A stretch of DNA of 60,667 bases, counting the filler, from Sphacelaria rigidula (Eukaryota), in NCBI GenBank assembly GCA_964200075.2. It is 5 parts of 5 records of this genome, joined end to end, with 100 filler letters (N's around TTAATTAATTAA, not from the genome) between each part and the next. Parts side by side here need not be neighbours in the genome. Positions count along the whole stretch, not along the records: positions 48,617 to 60,667 come from CAXNAA020004189.1; 4 more parts are not named here. One strand, 5' to 3'. Numbering within the stretch: the stretch's first letter is position 1; each line of letters starts with the position of its first letter. This document shows positions 51,003 through 60,667 of this stretch, in pieces. The notes under the pieces were generated by a model. The model was not told the DNA's origin, searched no databases, and was given only the letters and a program-made list of their open reading frames with translations. Position numbers and translations under genes: made by a program.

Positions 51003-52149
51003 GTAAGTCTATGAAAGCATGAAAGCAAACTGTAACACTTTACCTCTGGAGTCGGAGACCGTGTGCGCCTGTGCTGTATTTATCTCACATGAAAGCGTCA
51101 AAAATACTCTCACGCACCAACCAATTCATTCAAGCGCGTCTAACCAACGTTTTCTCCTAAAGATGTTTCGTACATCGCTGCTCCTTACAAACTATGATCG
51201 TGGTTAAAAAGTCCGCCATGGTGAGATGTGTAATGCCATCCCTCACGAACCAACCTCTCCAATGGTGGCCCGATCAAAGGTCGCAATGGCAATAAGCTTT
51301 GGGATCGATAGCTTGTTCACATCATGTAAGAGGGCGTGCTGCACCCCAACATTCCTTCGTGTTTCCCCTTCTCGCCGATGTAAAACGCCGCGAAACAAGA
51401 GACTAGCGGCATACCTGCTATACTTTATTGATGCCTATTTCGTCTCTGCAAGAGCTCTAGAAGCGGAACCACACCACCATAGGCATCGCTCATCAACCAT
51501 GCCACGTCCCACGTTGATGTAGAGATGTAGGGTGGTATTTTTCTTGCAAATATAACACATTGGTGTAAGCGCCGATATCGAGCATTATGTGTATGCGCTA
51601 AGTGGGAATTTAGGATGTGCGAAGAAGCTTCTTTCTATATATTTTTCGTCCACCACCAAGAACAGAGCACTCGTACTCTGACAAGACGTGCAGCACTATA
51701 TAATATTAGTTGCGTCATTTTTGTTACATGAAGGGTATGCATTGATTGCTGTCGCACATCATATATGAACTCGTTCTGTTGCGTATAATTTATAACCAGA
51801 TTGGTGCGAAAAAGGCAAAAATTGCCCATGGCTGTTGTCGCACCCTCTGCCACAATAGCTTTGCCCACCCAGCAGCTCTGGACCGTAACCGCTGGCGTCA
51901 CTCCATCATCTGTATCCTAGATTGTGGTGGGTGTTGAGTCCGTGACCTCGAGGGGCATATTGATGAAGGTGTGACCGCAGATGTTCTTCACTGTCATGTG
52001 TGCAATGACTGGATGCGTGCAAGCACTCTTTTTTACGTTCTCGGTATTTCCATGTACGATACAGTAACTTTTTAACAAACGACAAGAAAATGGGTGAAAC
52101 TATATCGTTTATATGGTAGAGTGCTTTACACCCTGGACAACACAATATA

Positions 52150-52540
52150 TTTCCAGTATATATTAGGAGGTCATGCCAGAATATGGCGATATATTGCCGA
52201 TGTGAAACACATTGGTGTCATGGGACTGCAGGCGTATTACCTGCCCAGTATATACTGGCACCATGGAATTGCCCACATATTGTCTCATCAATATATATTG
52301 GGACCGTGTGGACGAGGACATATTGCACGACCAGATGTATTGGGGCCGCATAGGTAGCAACATAGCAACATATGGGCCGGCCGATATATATTGTGGCCGT
52401 GTGGGTGACAACATTTTCGCCGACCGATATATATATTGGAGCCGTATGGGTGACAACCTATTGCCCGGTCAGTATATATTTCGGGGTAGCGTGTGCGATA
52501 ACACGTCACCCACCCAATATACACTGGGCGGGCGCATCGA
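52150..52540. repeat. Degenerate minisatellite, ~43-bp unit, roughly 8-9 copies
   Basis: Recurring ccRRtatatattggggccgtRtgggtgacaacat-like unit. Confidence 0.75.
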
Positions 52541-53088
52541 TGCCGAGTATATGCTCCACCGAAGTATTTTATTCAATTGGTGTCATCTGCCACGGCCTGG
52601 AAGCCATCCCGTCTAATCAATCTCCCATTCAATGTATTTCAAGCAGTAAATATTCTCTTTTCGGGGTGCAGGATGTTATACGAGCGTCAGTTCGAATCAT
52701 TCCGAGAAAAAAAGGAGGTGAGAGTCGTTGAGTCGCCCCTTTGAAATTCCCTGCTTCTTAGTTTCGCAGTGAAGAAGGGCGGAAAATGCGGGTCGATGTG
52801 CGCCTTTTGCTGCCCCATCTGGTCACCGATCTTGTGTTGCTTATACCCTGGACACAACTATATATCCCAATACGACACCAATACTTTCTATTGAAAACAG
52901 CACTTATACCCTGGACGTAACAGTAGTATATATATAAAATATTTCGAACGCACGAGCGTGAAGCATATTTTGTAACGAGGCGTCCACGAGATGTAATGCT
53001 GATGTTAGTGTGCAAGTCCCTCCGCACCCGCCCCGTGAGATGACTGCTCGGGCCACTGTCAATGCTAGGGGTCCGGTTCGTGGATTCG

Positions 53089-54015
53089 TGCTACATTTTG
53101 GGTAGGTGTTAACGGTGTACGTGGTCTGTCTTTTCGGAACCGTTCAAGCATTGATGATCAGTGGTATTCGCGCAGGTGGAAAATTTCTGTTTTACCGGGA
53201 GCAGTTGACGCCCCAACGGAACAGTATCTCCGCCGATGACGGAAAATATAATTGGACAGTAGCCTATACCGGCAACCCCGATTGCGCACACAAAAATTCA
53301 ACGGTAATGAGCGGCTAGATATAGAGTGCACAGTGCTGCGGGGCAGGTGAGAAACATCAAAGACGTCACATGTCAAACTGTCAGACTAAACGGTAATGGG
53401 ACGGTGGGGGGTAAACGGAGAATTTGCCGTGTCTTTCATGCTACATTTTGGGTGAGTGTTGGTGGTGTACGGGTTCTGTCTTTCGGAACTGTTCAAGCAT
53501 TTATGAGCAGTGGTAACCGCGCAGGTGGAAAATTACAGTTTTACTAGGAGCACGTGACACCGCACCTCAACAGTGTCTACCCCGATGACGGAAAATATTA
53601 TTGAAGAGTAGTCTATACCGGCAACCGCGATTGCGCAAAGAATCCAATAACATGAGCAGTTGTCGTTGCAACGGAACAACCCTTCCCCCCCCCCCTCTTT
53701 GGTGCAAAGATTATTCAACAATTCATCCCGGCAACCTCGATAGCGCACACGAAAATTCAACCCTAATGAACGTTTAAATATAAAGTGGACAGTGCTGCGG
53801 GGTTATGAGAAACATCAAAGTCGTCATAGTGTCGAACTGTCAGGTTGAAGGGCGGTGATGGGACGGTGGGGGGATACAAAATACGGATAATTTGCGGGAG
53901 GTTGCCATCCACATATCCCACACGGGATTCTTCCCATCGCTTGAAGTCCACGCGCTCTGTCTTTCCAGATACCTTCAAGCTCTGATGAGCAGTGGCCACC
54001 GCACAGGGGGAAAAA
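53089..54015. repeat. Diverged tandem repeat, 350-bp unit, about 2.3 copies
   Basis: tgctacattttggg at 53089 and 53439; gatgacggaaaatat, acagtgctgcgggg and tgggacggtggggg each occur twice; a third partial copy starts near 53950. Confidence 0.85.
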
Positions 54016-54812
54016 AATCGTTGATTCCGGAGGAACTATATTCAAGTTAATATTTCGACAACCAGATTGACACGTGCATCACACGCGCATCCACTGCAGG
54101 CAACATATCGGTACCGCACCGAACGATGGAGTAAGCTACTGTATGCTCAACCCTCGAATGTCCTTAGAGTAGTCTTTTTAGATGCTGTGTGTGTAGTCAG
54201 CAGTGGGTTGTGCTATTGGCGTCACATGCCGTCTCCGTTTGAAGACAAACCCAAGAGAATTTGACTTGCTTTTAACTGAACTTCAACGTTGCGCGGCGGT
54301 ATGAGAACACTGAGGTATACACCGACAATTTACCCGACGAGCTCCCATGTACGCGTCGCGAGGCGTCATCGAATCATCAGGCAGGTTACCGCTTAGACGG
54401 CGAGAGTAGGTCGTCTGCTGAATCGGTACAATTTCGCTTGGATGAAGTATGCATGATTCAGATGAACTACCCTTGTGGTCTAAGGGTGAAATGATATATG
54501 TTTGTCGTTGAGCGTTCTCGCCGACCGAAAATCACCGAACAGTTTAAACCGTGTTGCTTCCTTTCTTCTTTCCTTTCTAAGGTCGTTTCTTCTGTCTTTT
54601 CCTGTTTCTTTCATTCTTTCTCTTGTTGTAATATTCTGGGGGTTGTCTGCTGCTCCTTACCACAGGCTGGTTTTGCAATCAGCTAATGTGAGATAATCTA
54701 TCAATCAATCAAACCATGAACATTATGGGTACAGCGATAGTGAACATGGGGCGGGTGTCGTTTTCCAAGGGTTAGGAGTAGTGGTCACTACACAGGGAGA
54801 TACTTACATATT

Positions 54813-55830
54813 TGTGAACCGGACAGCCTTTTCAGGGCGTGATGGAATCGTCAAACAGGTGAAACAGTATCTGTTTGTCGTTGAGTACCTGTCGAGTGTA
54901 CTGGCACCTCCGCCGGGAATCAACGAACAGGTTACCGTGACACAATGGGTGGGCAGCCGTGGTGGGTGTTATGGGGCCGGTGACGCCGACACCTGCCCGA
55001 GAAAGACGGAAAGTAAACAGGTCGTTTCTATCTACTCTCTCTTATCGTTTGATCCGCATGGCCCGCATGGCGGTACTCTTTCTGTTCTTTCTATCTTCGA
55101 CATCAAATTGAAACCGCGGCTCATTCCCCACGAGAGCTTGGCAACGCAAGAATATCGCGACCCTGCAAGAAGACAGACGGGACCGGGGCTACCGCCCCGG
55201 TCCCGGACGGCTTGTATAGATATATTTTGTGTTGAGATCTCCTCGGAGATATTGAATCGATAGTACATATTTCTCATGTCACGATCGTGAAGTATCGCAT
55301 GCCAATATGTATTGGACATGCACTCGCTCCGGGAACAAGAAGTTCAACATATGTTGTTCATGCCGTGCGTGTATGTGGTGAAATATCAATATAGATTGAG
55401 TCGAAGCGACGCATTACATATTGTCGTGTGGAGACCATCCATGTATGAGCGTAATGAACACCAGAATACACGCGTAAGCAGGAGAAACAGTCTCAGGAAC
55501 GGGGTCCGCCAGTGACATGCATGAGCGGACTCGAAAGGTTTAAACCTGTGAGACTGGATCTTTGGCAACCTAGGCAACGGGGTCTCCAGTGGAAAGAGCT
55601 CGGAATAATAGAGCCACCGCATGAACACTGGTTGAGCGTTGCCAGTTCTGCCATACCGGCTCGTTCAATTGTTCTTCTTGCCTATCATCGGTCACGGCCA
55701 AATCCTTGCCTAAACCACAAGAGAGAGATTTACGCCTCGCTTTGGAGATTCTTCGGCAGCAGGGCACGACAACGTTCTCCTTCGGGACCCGTAACTCTAC
55801 CGCCTGGCCCCTAGCGAAGCCTAGTTCACA
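54813..55830 (+). repeat. Candidate 5' LTR (~1.0 kb) of the contig-5 Gypsy element
   Basis: Inverted termini TGTGAAC...GTTCACA; the right end is directly followed by tRNA-complementary sequence. Left boundary uncertain; no second LTR in the contig. Confidence 0.4.
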
Positions 55831-55831
55831 A

Positions 55832-55904
55832 TGTGGTCGGCGAAGAGATTTGAACCCGCGCGTGCAGAGCACATTGACTTACGCGTGCGGAGCACATTGA
55901 CTTA
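55832..55904 (-). other. 3' half of a tRNA-Ser(GCU)-like sequence at the PBS position (55832-55881) plus a 23-nt tandem duplication (55882-55904)
   Basis: The reverse complement TAAGTCAAT-GTGCTCTGCAC-GCGCGGG-TTCAAAT-CTCTT-CGCCGAC-C-ACA has the anticodon 3' side, long variable hairpin, T-loop and acceptor strand at eukaryotic tRNA-Ser spacing. The D-arm and 5' half are absent. Confidence 0.8.
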
Positions 55905-56659
55905 CCGGTGGCGACATCATCCGAAACAAGGAAGCAAGGAGCGCTACAGCAGGTGAAACGTATGGGTCATATGCACATTTATTCGAGTTGAGAGGGTTGT
56001 AGCGGTCATGTGTTCGGAACAGCGCGGAATTAGTCTCCTCAGTGTGCATTAGATTTCACCAGCATGGCTAGTCAAACAGCGAAGCCGCACTTATCAACCC
56101 ACCTCTCACTACCATGGTGCAAGAGGCACGGCAGTCAATCAAGCAGACCGACCTCTGGGAACGCGGTGACTCGAAGTAGCACTAACAAAAAATTTACCCA
56201 ACCTACGAATGCATTACCTTGTCATGTCATGGCCCACCATTTAGCAAGCAAAATAAAAGGGTGTATTGGACGGTCGCGCCGAGTCTCAGCTCACAAGTTG
56301 AGAGGAGTTACAAACGGCAGATAGTTCATTCTTTCACGTCTCAGAGCGCATGCAGTGGAGAAAAAGTACCAACTCTCTGATGGAAGATATCGGAGAGAAG
56401 TGGGTTTTCTGGTCAGTACAGTAACTCCTCCGGTGAGGCACCAAAACAGCCCCCAGTTGTGACGTGAAAGTACATACTAGGACGAAACAGAAGCTGAACA
56501 AGAGCAAGACAGGTAAAAAAAAGGAGTGCGGTGTATAATATAATCAGCCTCCGTACTTGGAGTTCGTTCCTAAGCAGCCTTTATAACAGCCGTCGATAAG
56601 CGATACACCGGGCACGAGTCCAAAGTCGTCGAAATGAAGCTCAAATCGTTCAGGCTCAT

Positions 56660-59600
56660 ATCATGTTGCATTTTGCGCGGTACCCCAAGGAATCGGTAAC
56701 GTTACATCCCACATTGACACATGTTCAACCTGCCGCCAGGATAAACGACAATTTTATATTCAGTGGCTGTCGATTGCTAATCGGAGCTGCCCATACTCCC
56801 TCTAAAAGGTCATCCGGTCACACTCTAGTTACATTTAGCACCGGGATATTTATATCTGCATCTTCAACTGGAACAATTGCCGTTCTACACCGAAGAGGGT
56901 GATTTGCTTGCCATACAATAGCCCCTTCAGTGAGATCGTGTGCGAAGTCTTACAAAGAGATAGCGAAAGTACATGATGAAATCATGCAGAAGCTCAAAGT
57001 GAGCAACACAAGTCGAAATATGGTGCAGTGTAGCCAGCCTTCATACTTGGAGGGTGTTCCGCAAGCAGCTTTTATAGATCAACCGTCATGTAATATCGAC
57101 GCAAAACACCGATCAAAATCTCGAACTCCAATACTGTCAACACTTCAAAGCACTCCACTATGTCATCGTTAGCGCGGTATCCGAAGGTACCTGTAACAAT
57201 ACATCCGGCTTTGGTCAGAGTCCAGGTACAAGCTAAAATAAACGATAGTGCTGTGCAGGCCCTGACGAAAGATCCACTTCAGACCTGCCTATCGTCAGCC
57301 CAAAGTTCATCCGTTCGCACCGTACTCTGAACAGCGGACATCAAACCAGTTCCAAGCAGAACTTTGGATCTTAGAAGCGTAGTCGGTTTCATTCGTTTCG
57401 ACCTCACGTTAGAAAGGAAAAACCCTGGCCGTTGAAGCATTTGTTCACGCGATTTGAGTCCCGACCACACGCCGATCGATAATTCACTGATGGGAGCATT
57501 CGGAGACATTTTAGGCTGGGAAGCTGAGACATAGTCGTTCCGAAATTCTAATGTTAGTATCAAAACTACACACAAGAGACGGAACGGGCAAAGTAACGCT
57601 ACACTCAGGGGACATGACGCATGTTCCGTTGTCAGAGTAAAAATTGCGGCGCAACATGTCCCAATATTTATCAGAAGAAAATGTGTTGTTCCTCCGCAAA
57701 CTGAGGTAGCTCTTCATGTCGACTCGGATGAACCTCCTGAAGTGACAACCACTGCAATAATTGAGCCACGGGTAGTCACGGAACAAGAGATTCAATTGTT
57801 AGACACACCCCAGGCTTTCAAAAGACTGATCGTGGCCCGAATAGTCTGTATATGGTCAGCGGTGAATAGAACAGCTATGGTTCAGGTAGCCAGTCCATTT
57901 AGGAGACACGTCCGTATTGAGCGTAACACTCTGTTAAGATACATTACACCTGCATCAGAGGTTAGAACAGCGAAAACGGTACACACAAGCCGTGCAATCG
58001 CCGAAAACAAACAAAAAACCCCTGACACGCGTCAAGAGTTAAAAAAGGCGTTCAAAAATGCCTTCACAAGATCTACATTTACGCAGGCATAGAGAGACCA
58101 AATCCCTCATCTGTGTACTAAATACTGGACAGTCTTTTCGCTCGCACCGCAGGAGTTAGGATGCTGCATGGTAGGTGAAGCCACATTTCCACTCCAGCCG
58201 GGTACACAACCAGTTGACAGACCGCCCTACATGGCCAACCCAAGCATAAAATATGGCAACACATGCATACACGAAATGGAAAGAGACGGTATCATCGAGC
58301 AAAGAGCTTGCCCTTGAGGCCTTGCGGTAACTGTTGTCGCTTAAAGCGATGGTACGGCTCGACTTTGCGTTGACGATAGGTCTACACTCAACTAACCTCT
58401 GGTACGTAAGTCATGGTCGATGCCTCAAATGGAATCTCATATTGATACAGTGTCGGGAGCAAAATACATCTCTGTCTTGAATGTGCAGAGTGCATTCCAC
58501 CAAATCCCTATAGCGGAAGAAGAAGAGGAGAAAAAAGCCTTCGTCACAGGCGAAGGTAAATGGGTATTCAATCGCCTCCCATTCGGATCAGCGTCACCCC
58601 CATTTATTTCACGAATAATGGCTCTCACCTTCTCATCCTTTTAACCGGAAAGCGACCTCCTGGTGTACATGAACGATTTAATCGCATGTTCTTCTTCGTG
58701 GGAAAGCCACCTAACTCTACTTGAGGACATGATCAAGGCACTGCAAGCAGCGGGCCTCTCCCTGAAACCGCAAAAGCACAGTTTGGACGAAAGGAAATTG
58801 AATACCTAGGACACACTCTGTCAGCAGACGGTATCAAATCAAGTGACGACCGTATTAAAGAAATACTGGACTTACCCAGACTAATCAACATCAAGCAGAT
58901 CGCTCATTGCTCGGCATGGTCGATTTTGTGCGAAACTTAATCCCAAATGTGGCCGAGATCACCGTACCCTTGTTTGATCTCACAAAGGAAGACGCGGTCA
59001 AAGAAGTAGCAAAACGTTGGAAGGCAGAACATGACGAATCTCTCGCGGACGTGAAAGGACTTTTGACGACTGCCCCAGTATTGTACTTCCCTGACTTCTC
59101 CAAGCGAGTTTTGGTCCAAGTTGATGTCCAGCAATGAGGGAGTAGAAGCCCACTTATGGCAGAAGAAAGGCGACGACCGAACGATCATAGCTTATTTCAG
59201 ACAACGCTTTAACCCTGCCCAAAAGCACTATTCTGCGACCCTCAAGGAATGTTACGCCGATATTCTAGCGATCCAATACTGAAAACACTTATTACGGGGC
59301 AGAATTTTTACTAGCGTGGCAGATCATGCAGCGCTGGGTTACCTGTATACGATGCAAGATACAAGCAACATCCTAACCAGATGGTCAATTGCTTTGCAGT
59401 CATATGACTTCACAGTACAGCATAAACCGGGAAAGCTAAAAAACATACCCGACACTCTATGGCGACTCTTCAAATTCGAGCGACGGCGAGAGGGTGACGT
59501 CAAACGCCTACTCGGTCTGATTTGTCGATCTTGCCGGAAGATCCCGCATTACACTCGGGAAAACCGCACCAGCCATTTCAATTATCGGCGGATAAACTGG

Positions 59601-60230
59601 ATGAACTAAGCCAGTACAAAGCGACAGAGAGTGGTTGGCAGTAAAGTCGGTCTACAACAGCGCAACGAATATCTTCATGTCTGTAGACAAGCAGAAATTG
59701 CAAGCAGAACAGGCAAAATAATATGGACCCTACATTCAGTATTTGACTGATGGCACTGCACCAATTCCGGAAAAAAAACGCTGGCAACCGTGTCCTACTA
59801 TTCAGTCCGAGATAATATTTGGTACAGATTTTATTTGCCAGGGCATCTCCGGAAAAGAGGCACCTTTTGTGATCAGCTAGTCTTACCCACAGCTCTAATA
59901 AGGTTCGTACTACACTCGTATCACGGCCATGCGTTATCCGGAGGCCACCTCGGCTTCAAACCGACTCACGATAAGGTCAGGGTGAAGTATTGTTGGCCGT
60001 CAGTAAGCCGGGACGTACGAAATAGATGTGGAGACTGGCAGGCTTGCCATATACCTGTGGAAAGGCTATTCCAACGTGTATCGATGGACTTGGTCGAATA
60101 TTAGACGATTTCAAAATCTTCAGCTGGAGTGCCAGGCAAGTACGTCATGTCCGTGATGGATCGTTTGACACCACGTTATGCAGTTTTTTTCCCGATCCCA
60201 AACAAGTCAGCCGTTACAGTTATGGGGGTG
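56660..60230 (+). mobile_element. Decayed Ty3/Gypsy pol (PR-like, RT, RNase H, integrase N-terminus), a different family from 37260-41560
   Basis: RT RLCVDDR, ISVLNVQSAFHQIPI, AFVT..RLPFG, LVYMND(YMDD); LLTTAPVLYFPDFSK; RH HYSATLKEC, DHAAL..LTRWSIALQSYDFTVQHKPG; INT HGHALSGGHLGF..W..C..C and FQRVSMDLVE; truncated at ~60225. Confidence 0.93.
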
Positions 60231-60667
60231 AATGGGGCCCGATTTTGGGCACTATATATCTGTAAAATGGAACGACCACGATCCACTGCGGAAAAAATGA
60301 CCCGTAATCGAGCCAATCGTAGCAATCACAAATACAGACGTCATCTCCGAATGACGATCTCGCTAATATGAAATGAACTCTAACTTGAGTACATCCTTAC
60401 AAGCCTGCGAGTGGTCGGTGTCGCGGATATGTAGTTGCTCCAGCGACTGCACTGATATATTGTTGTGTGCTTGTATTGTTTAGCTGTTGCACTCGGGAAG
60501 CACACGCGCACTACGTTCCACCCCACATCCACCGTCCTTCTTAACATCAGCAGTCAAGAACACGAAAAGTGGCAGTAGTTGCGGGCGTCACAACCCCACT
60601 TGACCCTTTTACTCACATACCGCAAAAACGAAGCAGCAGAGAATATTCGAACAATTAGCACAAGTGT

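Noticed and set aside
52150-52540. CRISPR-like repeat-spacer array (also considered for 31261-31580 and 41048-41559)
   Set aside because: Repeats are degenerate or fully tandem, with no constant repeat and unique equal-length spacers, no cas genes, and a eukaryotic context.
55832-55881. Functional tRNA-Ser gene
   Set aside because: The 5' half (D-arm, A box) is missing and the T-stem is mismatched.

Overview
This is eukaryotic nuclear DNA, most likely from a brown alga (Phaeophyceae). That is inferred from GT-AG introns, a signal peptide plus ADA|F bipartite plastid leader, CCCTAA repeats and the TE content. The window is not one locus. It is five unrelated contigs of 12055, 12054, 12054, 12053 and 12051 bp, ordered by decreasing length and joined by identical 100-bp N44-TTAATTAATTAA-N44 linkers, so nothing should be inferred across linkers. 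Most ORF-track ORFs are spurious; the real genes are spliced. Genes I assembled by hand: (contig 1, minus) exons of a PAN/Apple-like + GH128-like glucanase and an 8-9 exon orphan with a signal peptide; (contig 3) a complete 4-exon plastid-targeted membrane protein, head-to-head with a partial unknown gene; (contig 5) two exons of an organellar-type phenylalanyl-tRNA synthetase. The rest is mostly decayed TEs: two copies of one Ty3/Gypsy family (one ending in a triplicated chromodomain), another Gypsy pol, a gag-like 5' half, a Copia RNase H remnant, a probable tyrosine-recombinase remnant, SINE/LINE fragments and palindromic MITEs. The most unusual items are (1) a primer-binding-site position carrying a ~50-nt complement of the whole 3' half of tRNA-Ser(GCU) plus a 23-nt tandem re-copy, (2) a 280-bp TGT...ACA element with a 4-bp TSD whose cargo is a telomere-type repeat array, and (3) an in-frame duplicated splice donor. 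No searches were run; family calls rest on recalled motifs and need confirmation.
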